A model generated the notes under the pieces. That model worked only from the letters and a program-made list of their open reading frames with translations. It did no database searches and was not told the origin of the DNA. A program made the translations under genes and the position numbers. This document shows positions 20,085-33,713 of a stretch of DNA of 64,000 bases, one piece after another. The DNA is from Bacillota bacterium (GTDB lineage Bacteria > Patescibacteriota > Minisyncoccia > Phycocordibacterales > Phycocordibacteraceae): positions 12,269-76,268 of the forward strand of contig JBLNCF010000015.1 in the NCBI GenBank assembly GCA_050260455.1, in the 5' to 3' direction. Each line of letters begins with the position of its first letter. Position 1 is the stretch's first letter.

Positions 20085-21416
20085 CTAGGCAGTGTGATTG
20101 GTAGTAGCTTTGGTATGGAATCCGCTTGAAAGCAGGAAGTTCCAAAGTCCTCCCTCCGCCTTCTCGGGCACGATAGCGAGCAGGAAGACACGAGATACGA
20201 AGACGGCCGAGATGAGGGAGGCAATGACACCGAATCCGAATACGAGTGCAAAACCCTGCACGATGGAGGTGCCGAGCCAGAAGAGGATGATGCTTGAGAT
20301 AATCATGGTGAGGTGACCGTCGCGAATGGCCGGCCATGCGCGTGCGAAACCTATCTTCACTGCATCATGCGCATCCTTCCCTAAGCGAAGCTCTTCCTTC
20401 ATGCGTTCAAAGATGAGCACATTCGCATCCACCGCAAGGCCGATGGATAGGATGAAGCCCGCAATGCCAGAGGCAGTAAGCGTAATGGGCACCACCTTGA
20501 TGACAAGAATAGTGAGCAGCACGTAAATGACGAGCGCCACCGATGCCACGATACCAGCGAGGCGGTACCAGAAGATCATAAAGAGCGACACAAGCACAAA
20601 GCCGATGAGGGCTGCAAAGAGTCCAGCATGGAAGGCTACACCCCCCAAGGTCGGTCCTACCGTATTGCTCGACGAAAGCTCGATAGGTACCGGAAGTGCG
20701 CCGAAGTTAAGGTTACGTACGAGATCACGCGCTTCGGTCGGTGTGAAGTGGCCGGTGATAGTTGCCGTACCACCCGTGATTGCTTCCTGAATGACCGGCT
20801 CGGAAATGGGTTCGCCATCAAGGAAAATGGCGAGCTGATTGCCGACATGCTGCGAGGTGATATCACCGAAAAGCTTGGTGCCCTCATCATTGAAGTGAAG
20901 GACCACTACCGGGTCACCCGCAGCGGCGCTGCCCTGCCCGTTTGAGAACTGAAGCTCTGCACTCTTGAGGTAGCGACCGGTGAGACCGGTCGGGACGTAC
21001 ACCGCAGGAGACGAACTTGCGACTGCTCCGGTCGGAACGCCCACCAATTTGAATTCAAGCGTCGGAGTCTTGCCGATAGCGTCCACCGCGGCCTTCACAT
21101 CAGTAACACCCGGAAGCTCAACCAGAAGACGGTCCTCCTGCTCATTTGCCACCGCACTCGAATGCTCGAGCTGAACGAGCGGTTCAGCAACGCCGAAGAG
21201 GTTCACGCGACGCTCGATAACGTCCCGAAGCGAATTCAAAGCCTGCTGCTTGTCACCTACGACAGCGCTTGTATCGGCCTTGTAAATGAGTTCGGTACCC
21301 CCCGCGAGGTCGAGACCGAGCTTCACACCATAATGGGTGCTGGAGCTAGTGCTAATAACAAACCATCCGAGAAGACCGGCGAGCACGAGCACGCCGAGAG
21401 CAGGTATAAATCGCAT
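20085..21416 (-). CDS. secD: Protein-export membrane protein SecD.
   Basis: 443 aa. LGLDLAGGTELIYKAD first periplasmic domain and a C-terminal six-helix bundle. Confidence 0.85.
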   Translation of the reverse strand: MRFIPALGVLVLAGLLGWFVISTSSSTHYGVKLGLDLAGGTELIYKADTSAVVGDKQQALNSLRDVIERRVNLFGVAEPLVQLEHSSAVANEQEDRLLVELPGVTDVKAAVDAIGKTPTLEFKLVGVPTGAVASSSPAVYVPTGLTGRYLKSAELQFSNGQGSAAAGDPVVVLHFNDEGTKLFGDITSQHVGNQLAIFLDGEPISEPVIQEAITGGTATITGHFTPTEARDLVRNLNFGALPVPIELSSSNTVGPTLGGVAFHAGLFAALIGFVLVSLFMIFWYRLAGIVASVALVIYVLLTILVIKVVPITLTASGIAGFILSIGLAVDANVLIFERMKEELRLGKDAHDAVKIGFARAWPAIRDGHLTMIISSIILFWLGTSIVQGFALVFGFGVIASLISAVFVSRVFLLAIVPEKAEGGLWNFLLSSGFHTKATTNHTA

Positions 21417-21454
21417 AATGGCCTTACTATACGGTCTTTTAGCGGGGCTGCAAA

Positions 21455-21736
21455 CTATCTAACATAGGTCTCCTCAATGCCGGTTTGCTGGACTGAAGAT
21501 GCGCCAGAAAGCACATGTGACGCCGCCCAGATTGCCATAATTGCGGCCAAAATCATGACCGGAATAGCGATTGTCCAAAATCCACGTTTTCGGAGGGTTT
21601 TGCGTGCGTCAGGGTCGGTCGAAGCTAATGATCGGGCTAGAATTATTACCCCGATAAAGACAACTATTCCCGCTACGGGAAGACCTAGGCTAAAGGTGAG
21701 TGGAACAAATACCGTGTCCAGGAAGGTGACGAGCAT
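21455..21736 (-). CDS. Small membrane protein, 93 aa, two transmembrane helices, directly upstream of secD (the position where yajC usually sits, though it does not look like YajC).
   Basis: Hydrophobic segments LGLPVAGIVVFIGVIILA and IAIPVMILAAIMAIWAA. Confidence 0.4.
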   Translation of the reverse strand: MLVTFLDTVFVPLTFSLGLPVAGIVVFIGVIILARSLASTDPDARKTLRKRGFWTIAIPVMILAAIMAIWAASHVLSGASSVQQTGIEETYVR

Positions 21737-21747
21737 ATATGAATACC

Positions 21748-22563
21748 TTAGCGCCTGCTCCCTTGCCCCACAAGGAGGGCAACGTTCTTAAAAAGACAGG
21801 CGACCGCCATTGGCCCCACCCCACCCGGAACGGGTGTGAAGACCGAGGCCTTTTCCGCACATGCCGGATCGGCATCCCCCACGATGGCTCCATCCGATTC
21901 CGAAGTTCCTGCATCGATAAGTACGACACCTTCTTTCAGGTGTTCGGGCTTCACAAGACCAGGGGAACCCGCGCCCAAAACTACGATGTCCGCTTCTTTG
22001 AGCAGACCCAGATCGAGGTTATGGCGGGTCATGGTTGTCACCTCCGCGCCAATCTGGCGAAACCATACGGAAGCTGGCTCACCCACGAGCCATCCTTGCC
22101 CAATAATCACTACGCGCTTCCCCTCTGGATCGGTATTCGTGCGTGCAAGGATCTCCGCAATGGCACCAACTACCGGCGGAAGGAGTGCACCTACGTCACC
22201 GCGTTCAAACCCTGTGCGTGCTGCAGTCGACAGCATGTCCGCATCAAACTCGACCGGGATAGCATCAAGAACACTCGTGGTATCAATAGCGGCAGAAAGC
22301 GGAAGCTGCACGATAACCGCATCAGCACCCGGTAATGCAACGGCATGCATCACTTCTTCAGTGGTGCCGTCGTCCAGTCGCACGAGTTCAAGATGCATAC
22401 CCGCGTCACCCGCTGCACGCTCCTTAATACGCAAATACGATTCGGTTGCCGCCGAGGGCGCGACCACAATGGCACGCACCACGGGTGTTCGCCCGAGGGC
22501 ATCAACCTCCTCACGCACCTGCGCAAGGAGGTCCTTTGCTATCGCTTTTCCATCAACGATCAT
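21748..22563 (-). CDS. folD: Bifunctional methylenetetrahydrofolate dehydrogenase/cyclohydrolase.
   Basis: Start taken at Met24 (MIVDGKAIAKDL...). YLRIKERAAGDAG and PGGVGPMAVACLFKN motifs. Confidence 0.85.
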   Translation of the reverse strand: MIVDGKAIAKDLLAQVREEVDALGRTPVVRAIVVAPSAATESYLRIKERAAGDAGMHLELVRLDDGTTEEVMHAVALPGADAVIVQLPLSAAIDTTSVLDAIPVEFDADMLSTAARTGFERGDVGALLPPVVGAIAEILARTNTDPEGKRVVIIGQGWLVGEPASVWFRQIGAEVTTMTRHNLDLGLLKEADIVVLGAGSPGLVKPEHLKEGVVLIDAGTSESDGAIVGDADPACAEKASVFTPVPGGVGPMAVACLFKNVALLVGQGSRR

Positions 22564-23638
22564 GTGACTTGTTGCGGCGGAGCTGTGGAGGGACCGCATA
22601 CTCGTACTTACCGTCCGTGTAATAGAAGGCATCGAATCCTTCGTGCTGATACATGTATCCGAGTTTCTTTGTTACCTTCGAGCCATCCACAGCAATGGGA
22701 TAGGAATACCCCTTCCAACTACCGCGCGCCGTCGGAATCTTGCCGCGCGTGAGATGCCAAAAAAAGAAGAATGGGATGCGTACCATCCAAGGCGAGACCG
22801 GGAGCATACGCTTCCCTACCGCCTTCGCCATATCCGGACCACGCACGACATCGCCGGGCGGGCAGATGTTGAACACTTCGTAACTTCCAGCAGGCTCGCC
22901 GAATGCGAGACGTTCGACAATTCCCACCACATCATCCTCATGGATGAACTGGCGGAGCCATTTAGGGGTGACTGGCACGAATGACGTCATCGCGGAGACG
23001 AGACGGTACACGAACGAGTCCTTCAACTGACCGGAGAGTGCAGCCTGAAGTCCAAAACGGATGCGCATAAAGCGACCGCGCGGACCGGTAATAGCTGCAG
23101 GGCGTAGAATCGCAACCGAGATGTCAGGTCGTTCGGCCACGGCAAGCTGATATTTCTGGTAGAGGTGTTCTTCCGTAATGCGCTTCTCTTCGGCGTAGAG
23201 ATAGTCGGTCTGTCGGAACGGTTCGTTTTCTGTGTAGCGATGGTCCACCGAGTTGTCCGGGAAGGAACCATAGGACGCGACGGTTGAGAAATGAATGAGG
23301 CGCTTCACGAACGGGTGCTCGAACGCAAAATCGAATACCTTGTCCGAGCCGTCGATATTCCACTTCCAGGTAAGTTCGCGGTCACCATACACCTCGCGAA
23401 TCTGCCACGCGGTATGAATGAGTATGTCCGGTGAGAATCGCTCTGCTTCCGCTTCCCACGCTTCGGCCGTATTGATCTGGAGGTACTGAAGCTTATCGAT
23501 TCCCTCGATGAACTCCGGCATCGGCTCCTTATCGATACCAATGATGCGTTCAACATCGTCGCGCTCGGCAAACTGCCGGACGAGCATGCCGCCCACATAG
23601 CCCGCAGCGCCCGTGATAAGAAGAGTGTGCTTATTCAT
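22553..23638 (-). CDS. NAD-dependent epimerase/dehydratase (extended short-chain dehydrogenase/reductase family).
   Basis: 361 aa. LLITGAAGYVGGMLV glycine motif at the N-terminus. Confidence 0.7.
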   Translation of the reverse strand: MNKHTLLITGAAGYVGGMLVRQFAERDDVERIIGIDKEPMPEFIEGIDKLQYLQINTAEAWEAEAERFSPDILIHTAWQIREVYGDRELTWKWNIDGSDKVFDFAFEHPFVKRLIHFSTVASYGSFPDNSVDHRYTENEPFRQTDYLYAEEKRITEEHLYQKYQLAVAERPDISVAILRPAAITGPRGRFMRIRFGLQAALSGQLKDSFVYRLVSAMTSFVPVTPKWLRQFIHEDDVVGIVERLAFGEPAGSYEVFNICPPGDVVRGPDMAKAVGKRMLPVSPWMVRIPFFFFWHLTRGKIPTARGSWKGYSYPIAVDGSKVTKKLGYMYQHEGFDAFYYTDGKYEYAVPPQLRRNKSHDR

Positions 23639-23647
23639 AGATAGAGA

Positions 23648-25021
23648 CTACCAGCTCGATACTCGGAAGAACATGCGCTTCACCGTCTTAAGCGCAATGA
23701 CCACATCAAGACCCAGCGAGCGATGCTTCAAATAATAGAAATCATACGCGAGACGCATTTTAGTTTCCTCAATCGACTGCGGACTGATATTACCCTGCTC
23801 GTACTGCTGATTGATTTGAGCCCACCCGGTAATGCCGGGAGTAATGCGGTAGCGGAGGTTGTAATACGGGATTTCTTCAGCAAGGCGCTTCCCAAGACCC
23901 TCAATATCATTCCGCGGACCAATGAGGGAGAGCTCGCCACGCAAGATATTCACGAACTGTGGAAATTCATCGAGTGAGGTACGGCGAAGAATATTCCCCA
24001 CTTTCGTGACCGGATTGTCATTCTTCTCTTCAGTGATCCATTCACTCGATGCCGACTTGTTTACGCGCATGCTGCGGAATTTGTACACATGGATACGCGT
24101 ACCATCCTTACCGATGCGATCCTGATCAATGAGAAGCGGGCCAGGACCCTCGAACCCTTGTGCAATCCACACGAACGGTGCGGCTATGATCGTAACGAGC
24201 CCCATCGCTACACCACCTGCAATATCGATAATTCGCTTGAGGAGAACGTACAGGACTGGATCAGACTGCGGCACATTCTCAATGAACCAGTTGGTGGAGA
24301 GCTGCGAAAGAGGAATGCGATCGAATACTTCTTCGTACGCATCTTCAAACGAAACAAACTGTGCGGGCGCGTGAAAGCTTGAGAGCTCATAGAGCTTAGG
24401 CATGAGTTCATGTACGCGCCCGTCCGTCATGTCTGCAATAACAATGGTCGCACCACTCTCACGTATACGAGCCGCAAATGCTCCCGGGTCCTTGAGGGCA
24501 TCTTCAGGTGAGCATACGACCGGGAATGAGAGATGGTAGCGCTCGTTGCCGTTCACCTCATCCTCGAGCTCCTTGGCCTCTTCCCCTTCGGCGAGTAGTA
24601 CTGCGGGGTAGCGGGTGCGCGGAATGGAGAGCTTCGGGAAAATGGCCAGCCGCCACACGAAGATGAGCAGAAGTGAGATGACGAGGTAGATAACAAGATT
24701 CGTTTTTGGAGCAAGGCCTATACCCGGGAGGAAAAAGAAGAACAGTGCGGCAAGCACAATATTAAATGACTGGGTCTTGATGATGGCGTCCGGCAGTGAG
24801 CTCTTGAACAGGAGCACGCGCTTGCCATAGAGCCCGGACATATAGAAAACAAGTGCCCAGATGGCGAACAGTATCGAGAATGGCCCGATATGGGCAGCGA
24901 ATGCGGACGTGTCGAAAATACGCCCGTATCGAATGACAAGCGTGAGCCAGAGGGAGAGTACAAACACAAGGATATCTCCCAGGAAAAGGAGAAGCGCTGG
25001 GCGCTTGCCACCGTGGATCAT
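23648..25021 (-). CDS. Polyprenyl-phosphate glycosyl-phosphotransferase (bacterial sugar transferase, WbaP/CpsE-like), the initiating enzyme for polysaccharide synthesis.
   Basis: 457 aa. N-terminal transmembrane helices. C-terminal KFRSM, DEFPQFVNILRGELSLIGPR and GITGWAQ motifs. Confidence 0.8.
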   Translation of the reverse strand: MIHGGKRPALLLFLGDILVFVLSLWLTLVIRYGRIFDTSAFAAHIGPFSILFAIWALVFYMSGLYGKRVLLFKSSLPDAIIKTQSFNIVLAALFFFFLPGIGLAPKTNLVIYLVISLLLIFVWRLAIFPKLSIPRTRYPAVLLAEGEEAKELEDEVNGNERYHLSFPVVCSPEDALKDPGAFAARIRESGATIVIADMTDGRVHELMPKLYELSSFHAPAQFVSFEDAYEEVFDRIPLSQLSTNWFIENVPQSDPVLYVLLKRIIDIAGGVAMGLVTIIAAPFVWIAQGFEGPGPLLIDQDRIGKDGTRIHVYKFRSMRVNKSASSEWITEEKNDNPVTKVGNILRRTSLDEFPQFVNILRGELSLIGPRNDIEGLGKRLAEEIPYYNLRYRITPGITGWAQINQQYEQGNISPQSIEETKMRLAYDFYYLKHRSLGLDVVIALKTVKRMFFRVSSW

Positions 25022-25057
25022 GGTATGAAGGTTATACTATACAACTGTGAAAACTTC

Positions 25058-26194
25058 ATGGAGGTAGCTCAACCCGCCAAATCGAAGCGTATTCTCTACG
25101 TTATCACGAAGTCTAATTGGGGTGGTGCCCAACGCTATGTCTTCGATGTTGCAACCGCGGCCAAGGCACAGGGCTTCACCGTAGCAGTCGCCTCGGGCCG
25201 CGAGGGAGAGCTTACAGACCGGCTTCGCGAAGCGGGCGTCTCCATCCTCCCCATCCCCTCCATGCAGCGGGACGTGAAGCTCACCTCGGACTTCGCAGTC
25301 CTTATTGAGCTCATGCGCATTATCAAAGAGTTCCGACCTGATATCGTCCACGGGAATTCCTCGAAGGCGGGCGCATTGGTATCCCTTGCCGCTCGACTGA
25401 AGGGTGTACCGCGCATCATTTTCACCGCGCACGCCTGGGCATTCAATGAGCGTCGACCGGTATGGCAGAAGATGATCATCGGCATCGTGCACTATCTCAC
25501 GGTACTGCTTTCCCATGAGACGATTTGTAATTCCGAAGCAACGAGACGAGATGCGCGCTGGATGCCGTTCGTGCAAAGGCGACTTACGGTCATTCACCAC
25601 GGCATCCGCCCGTTCGCCATGCGCTCGCGACAAGAAGCCCGCGAGGCACTCGTGCCGGGGTGCGGTGCACACACGTGGATCGGCGTAGTAGCGGAACTCC
25701 ATCCAAACAAGGGTCTTGATACTCTCCTGCTTGCTGTCGAGCACACGCTGCCGGACTATCCCGAAGCGCTTCTGGTCATCATTGGCGAAGGAGAGGAGCG
25801 CGGCTATCTCGAACATCTTATAAAGGTCGAGGGTCTCACAGGGCGGGTGTTTCTCGTAGGCCATGTGAAAGATGCACCGTCATACCTTTCCGCATTCGAT
25901 CTTTTCATTCTTCCCTCTCGTACCGAATCTCTCGGGTACGTACTCCTTGAGGCCGGTATGGCTGGTCTTCCTGCCATCGGAGCAGGTGCAGGTGGAATCC
26001 CCGAGATCATCGAAAACGAAAAGACCGGCCTTCTCTTCCCTCCTGGCGATGCACCCGCACTCACTACTGCTGTTGAACGGGTGCTCGGAGACACAGCACT
26101 TCGTGCACAACTCGGCAGCGCACTTCATGCACGGGTGCTTGATACCTTCTCCGCCGAACGAATGCTCGACGCTACGTTCGCTCTCTACCGCTAG
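25058..26194 (+). CDS. Family-4 glycosyltransferase. Start ambiguous (25025 or 25058).
   Basis: ILYVITKSNWGGAQRYV N-terminus. C-terminal SRTESLGYVLLEAGMAGLPAIGAGAGGIPEIIENEKTGLLF (E-x7-E). Divergent from the sugar transferase across a gap of only about 37 nt. Confidence 0.75.
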   Translation: MEVAQPAKSKRILYVITKSNWGGAQRYVFDVATAAKAQGFTVAVASGREGELTDRLREAGVSILPIPSMQRDVKLTSDFAVLIELMRIIKEFRPDIVHGNSSKAGALVSLAARLKGVPRIIFTAHAWAFNERRPVWQKMIIGIVHYLTVLLSHETICNSEATRRDARWMPFVQRRLTVIHHGIRPFAMRSRQEAREALVPGCGAHTWIGVVAELHPNKGLDTLLLAVEHTLPDYPEALLVIIGEGEERGYLEHLIKVEGLTGRVFLVGHVKDAPSYLSAFDLFILPSRTESLGYVLLEAGMAGLPAIGAGAGGIPEIIENEKTGLLFPPGDAPALTTAVERVLGDTALRAQLGSALHARVLDTFSAERMLDATFALYR

Positions 26195-27327
26195 CTGAAG
26201 AATTCTTGTCCCGCGCGAGAGCGCGGGACACTCCGACCCTCCCGTGCGAGTGATGCAACGACACCGAGCGCAATGTACTCCATGAGGAGATGCGAGCCGC
26301 CATAGCTCATGAACGGTATAGTGGTGCCGGTCACCGGAAGCATGCCGAGATTAATGCCTGCATGGATGAACACATGCGCCGTGATGAGGATAGCCACACC
26401 TATGGTAAACAATGCATCGAAGTTCGTAGACGAACGATGAGCGATGGTAAGAAGACGGGACAGCAAGAGACCGTAGAGCACGAGCACGAGAATCACACCA
26501 ACAAACCCCCACTCTTCGGCAAACGCGGCGAAGATAAAGTCAGTCTCATATTCCGGAAGGAAGCGGAGTTTGGATTGCGTACCATATCCAATACCCTTCC
26601 CCAGCACCTGTCCTGAACCTGCGGCAACGGTCGCCTGATAGGCGTTATACCCTGTGCCGTGAATGTCAGCTGCGGGATTAATGAACGTCATGATGCGAGC
26701 ACGCTGGTAGTCATGAAGCCCGCCGAACCATAGACCAGTCGCCACGATAAGGCCGCAGGCAAAAACGATAGCAAGGTGTTTCTTCGAGATGCCGGATACC
26801 AAAATCATGCCAAACCAGATGGCACCAAAGATAGCTGCCGTACCGAGGTCCGGTTCAAGAAGAATGAGGAGAATGGGCGCTGCTGCATACGCTCCCGAGA
26901 CGAGAATGTGTCGGAAATCACCGATTTCCATGTGTCGCCGCGAGAAGTATTTTGCAATGAGGGCTATGAATATGATCTTCCCTGGATCGGCAGGTTGGAA
27001 CGAAAACCCGCCAAAGGTGAACCAGGACTTAGCACCCATGACCGCATGAACGGCCACGAGGAGCACCGCAAGAAGCGTAAGCAAGATGACGTATCCAGAA
27101 ATAATGACCGGGGTGCGTCTGATAAATCGCATGTCGACGAGCGCAACCGTAAAGTATCCGACGAGAGAGATGCCGAGCCACAGGAGCTGCTTGGGAGCAA
27201 GCGAGGCACCTTGGCCAAAGGGATGCATGGTAAGAACGCCAAGCAGCGTGAGCGCTATGGGAATGACAAAAAGTGGCCACTCGGCGAGCAACGCCTGTAT
27301 CGGATTCTGCGCGACCTGCTCGCTCAT
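26191..27327 (-). CDS. FtsW/RodA/SpoVE (SEDS) family peptidoglycan glycosyltransferase.
   Basis: 378 aa, about 10 transmembrane helices. C-terminal MSYGGSHLLMEYIALGVVASLA is a SEDS signature. Confidence 0.8.
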   Translation of the reverse strand: MSEQVAQNPIQALLAEWPLFVIPIALTLLGVLTMHPFGQGASLAPKQLLWLGISLVGYFTVALVDMRFIRRTPVIISGYVILLTLLAVLLVAVHAVMGAKSWFTFGGFSFQPADPGKIIFIALIAKYFSRRHMEIGDFRHILVSGAYAAAPILLILLEPDLGTAAIFGAIWFGMILVSGISKKHLAIVFACGLIVATGLWFGGLHDYQRARIMTFINPAADIHGTGYNAYQATVAAGSGQVLGKGIGYGTQSKLRFLPEYETDFIFAAFAEEWGFVGVILVLVLYGLLLSRLLTIAHRSSTNFDALFTIGVAILITAHVFIHAGINLGMLPVTGTTIPFMSYGGSHLLMEYIALGVVASLAREGRSVPRSRAGQEFFS

Positions 27328-28100
27328 ATTGTTGGCGGTGCGGGCGGAAGCGGAATAACCGGCTTTATGTCGACACGAGAGACCGCACCCGTGAATGGAG
27401 TGGACCAGGTAAAGACGAGCGGTGCAGAGCCGTGAGCAGGAATGGAAGGAGCGATTGTTCGAGAGGCAGCTATCGCGTTTCCTGCTGCATCGAAGATAGT
27501 GATGACGAACGGCACGTTTGTAATCTTTGCTGCCGAGTTATTCACGGCAACTGCAGTAACACGCGGCGTCTCACTAGTGTCGATACGCACATCGGCGATC
27601 TCGGGAATGGGACGTGTCTCGCGGTAGCGATACCAAAGATGCGACGGTGTGTCGAAGGTAATAAAGGCACGTGCAACTTCCTGCGAGCCCGTATAGATAT
27701 TCGGCACATAGACGGGCACGGTAGACGCAGGCGGCAAATCTACACGTCCCTCTTTCTTTGCAATGACCGTGTTGGTTGGACTGTAAAGCTCGATGGTGAA
27801 ATTGAGATTGCTCGCCGCAACATCACCGTTTGAGTTGTCGATATACGCAATAAGATCAGTACGACCGGACGCAGGTGATACCGGCCGAGCGAAGCGGACC
27901 GACGGAGCTGCCTCTGATGCGGTGCACTGATACGCGCACGTGCCGCCACAATCGATTCCTTCTTCATCTTGGTTCTGTTTGTTGTCAAAACAGGTTGGTG
28001 CGCGATGGAACGTCACATATGCGAACGCTCCCAAGATACCAAGAGCACCCACCACCATGATGGAAATGATGATGAACCGGCGACGGGAGGCCCAGGACAT
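27324..28100 (-). CDS. Membrane-anchored hypothetical protein with a cysteine-rich stretch; start taken at Met18.
   Basis: MSWASRRRFIIISIMVVGALGILGAFAYV is a signal-anchor, followed by CFDNKQNQDEEGIDCGGTCAYQC. It overlaps the SEDS gene by 4 nt and is the first gene downstream of 5S. Confidence 0.45.
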   Translation of the reverse strand: MSWASRRRFIIISIMVVGALGILGAFAYVTFHRAPTCFDNKQNQDEEGIDCGGTCAYQCTASEAAPSVRFARPVSPASGRTDLIAYIDNSNGDVAASNLNFTIELYSPTNTVIAKKEGRVDLPPASTVPVYVPNIYTGSQEVARAFITFDTPSHLWYRYRETRPIPEIADVRIDTSETPRVTAVAVNNSAAKITNVPFVITIFDAAGNAIAASRTIAPSIPAHGSAPLVFTWSTPFTGAVSRVDIKPVIPLPPAPPTI

Positions 28101-28140
28101 GGTGACAGTATATAGGAAAACCGCTCCGTCTGAACACGGA

Positions 28141-28170
28141 CCTAAAAGCAAAATCCGCCCTTTCGGGCGG
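28141..28170 (-). terminator. Intrinsic terminator downstream of 5S rRNA.
   Basis: Minus-strand RNA CCGCCCGAAAGGGCGG followed by AUUUUGCUUUUAGG. Confidence 0.5.
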
Positions 28171-28198
28171 TTCTGCGTTGTGAAATTCTGAGACGTGC

Positions 28199-28317
28199 CC
28201 AGAAAGCTGGCGACAACCTACTCTCCCCTTACGAGTACCATTGGCTCAAGAGGGCTTGACTGCCGTGTTCGGAATGAGAACGGGTATGGCCCCTCCGATA
28301 AATCACCAGCTTCCTGG
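28199..28317 (-). rRNA. 5S rRNA.
   Basis: The reverse complement matches the bacterial 5S consensus (CCAGGAAGCUGGUGAUU...CCGAACACGGCAGUCAAGC...GAGAGUAGG...GUCGCCAGCUUUCUGG). Helix I closes with a 12-bp stem. Confidence 0.8.
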
Positions 28318-28399
28318 GCGCGTCGTATCGATCGCGTCCACATGAATACGCAAATAGGTGCACTCACTTAACTTGTTTGTGACGCACAGAGTTCCGCAC

Positions 28400-31875
<3,476 letters not shown>

Positions 31876-32222
31876 CACTAACAAGTTTTGTGATTTGTGC
31901 AATTCAAACCGCATCTCTGCGCAGCATGATGGAATCTGATTGCTCAAATTCCATCATGCTGCGCATGATGACGGTGTTGATTACCTATTTGCGTATTCGT
32001 GTGTCAACGAACCCGTGACTCTTTCAAGAAAAAACGCCCTCTCGGGGCGGTCGCGTTTCCACGCTTGGCCTCTCGGCCTTACCCGCTCCGGACTAGGTGA
32101 GTAATTTCTTAGTGGTAATCACGTAGGAGGAGTATACGCGGAGCGTATTTCCCTGTCAAATCGGGGCTATAAACGCGAACCGCCCCGGCATCCCGGGGCG
32201 GTTCTTTTGAGAGAAAACGATA

Positions 32223-32903
32223 TTAACCCGTGATCTCGTCACGGATTCGCTCGATGTAGCGAGCAGCTGCCTGCTGGCCGCCGAGGCCAAAGGCAAGACC
32301 GAACGCGAGAGCAAGCGCGACCACGACACCCGTGAAGAGCGTCTGGACCAGCGGCGAAATGCCGAGGCGGTCGAGGGCTGCGAGCACTGCGAAGACCCAG
32401 ATGGACCAGCGTGCGAGCGTGCCAAGAAGGCCAGCGGCCTTAAGACCTGCCGCACGAGCCGCACCTGAAACAACGCGGTCTGCTGCGTCAGCAAGGACAG
32501 CAGCGACCAGAAGGATGAGCACCGCCACGATAACCTGTGGGATGTAGGTAAGCACTACACCCTGGAGGAATGCGGTCACATCAGTGAGACCAAGAACGTC
32601 GAGAGACGCAACAAGGAAGACAATGATGAAGAACCACTTCACGAGGAAGCCGAGGAACGCGCCCGAATTGAGCGTGAAGCCTGCGCGCTCGACTACCTTC
32701 TCGACACCGGCTGCGCGAAGCGCCTGATCAACCTTGATGGAAGCAATGACCTGCGCCACGAGGCGACCAAGACCAGCGCCGATCAACCATCCAATGATGA
32801 AGATGATGATCGCGACAAGTAGATTCGGGAGGAACTGCACCAAACCCCAGAAGAGGCTCTGGAGCGACTGGTTCAGCACATCCGCCCAAGTAGTGAGAAA
32901 CAT
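32223..32903 (-). CDS. Small membrane protein carrying repeats of the conserved TM-helix motif found at the N-terminus of MscS-like channels.
   Basis: 226 aa. LPNLLVAIIIFIIGWLIGAGLGRLVAQVIASIKVDQALRAAGV and IPQVIVAVLILLVAAVLADAADRVVSGAARAAGLKAAGL are related repeats. Terminator-like hairpins lie downstream at about 32178-32205 and about 32030-32060. Confidence 0.45.
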   Translation of the reverse strand: MFLTTWADVLNQSLQSLFWGLVQFLPNLLVAIIIFIIGWLIGAGLGRLVAQVIASIKVDQALRAAGVEKVVERAGFTLNSGAFLGFLVKWFFIIVFLVASLDVLGLTDVTAFLQGVVLTYIPQVIVAVLILLVAAVLADAADRVVSGAARAAGLKAAGLLGTLARWSIWVFAVLAALDRLGISPLVQTLFTGVVVALALAFGLAFGLGGQQAAARYIERIRDEITG

Positions 32904-33026
32904 AGGGATATAGATCCGCGATTAACTGGTTAATAGCTGCCCCTACGGGGCGTTCGCCCAGTAAGGACCTGCCTAGCTAAAGTGTAGCAATCGTGGCGTA
33001 TTCCGGCGGAGGCACTGTGGATACGC

Positions 33027-33602
33027 TTAGGAGGCCAGGTTGATGCGGTCGAGGATGGTGCGATGCGGGTAGTCAAACACATCACGTACGAGACGGTCGT
33101 ATACGCTCACCCGGTATTTGAAGTCTTCTGTAGAAAAGCATGCGTAGCGCAGCTCACGACCAAGTTCCGCCTCAAGTGAATGAATAGCATGGGCGAGCGG
33201 ACGTTCCTCCAGACGATCCCCCACCACAAGAATATCCACCTTTGATTCCAGAGCTCCCGAGAAAAGACCGGAGAGTGTGACCACGCGAAGCGTACCGGCA
33301 CGGCGAAGTGTGGTGAGAATGTCGACATCACGCACGTCAGTGGTATCGCGCACAAATACCTTGAGCGCATCGTAATGCGCGAACTTCTTGTTGGTGGAGT
33401 ACCCGCTCCCTTGAGCGGTTTTCTTTTTCTTCAAGATACCCGCAGCAGTGAGTGCGTTCACTTCTTTGCGCGCTGCATCTTTTGAGATCTTGGTGCGCGT
33501 CGCTGCATCAGCAATGGAGATGACGGCATCGTCATTGAAGAGGAAGAGGCGTAGCAGCTTCAGGCGAGCGGGAGTTCCGAAGAGGCGGGAAAGCGGGTCC
33601 AT
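33027..33602 (-). CDS. Hypothetical protein, possibly with an N-terminal winged-helix DNA-binding fold; start taken at Met19.
   Basis: MDPLSRLFGTPARLKLLRLFLFNDDAVISIADAATRTKISKDAARKEVNALTAAGIL. No confident family. Confidence 0.35.
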   Translation of the reverse strand: MDPLSRLFGTPARLKLLRLFLFNDDAVISIADAATRTKISKDAARKEVNALTAAGILKKKKTAQGSGYSTNKKFAHYDALKVFVRDTTDVRDVDILTTLRRAGTLRVVTLSGLFSGALESKVDILVVGDRLEERPLAHAIHSLEAELGRELRYACFSTEDFKYRVSVYDRLVRDVFDYPHRTILDRINLAS

Positions 33603-33661
33603 GGATGTGTTCCCGGCATTGTACCTACCTCCTCCCCTGCCCTGCAACCCTTGCACCAGAC

Positions 33662-33689
33662 AACGAAAAACACCCGCTGTCGCGGGCGC
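33662..33689 (-). terminator. Intrinsic terminator after rplL.
   Basis: Minus-strand RNA CGCCCGCGACAGCGGGUG followed by UUUUUCGUUG. Confidence 0.45.
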
Positions 33690-33713
33690 TTTCGTCTACT
33701 GAAGCGTGGAAGA

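Noticed and set aside
25037-25864. 275-aa minus-strand ORF.
   Set aside because: Antisense to the family-4 glycosyltransferase 25058..26194, which has the EX7E motif.
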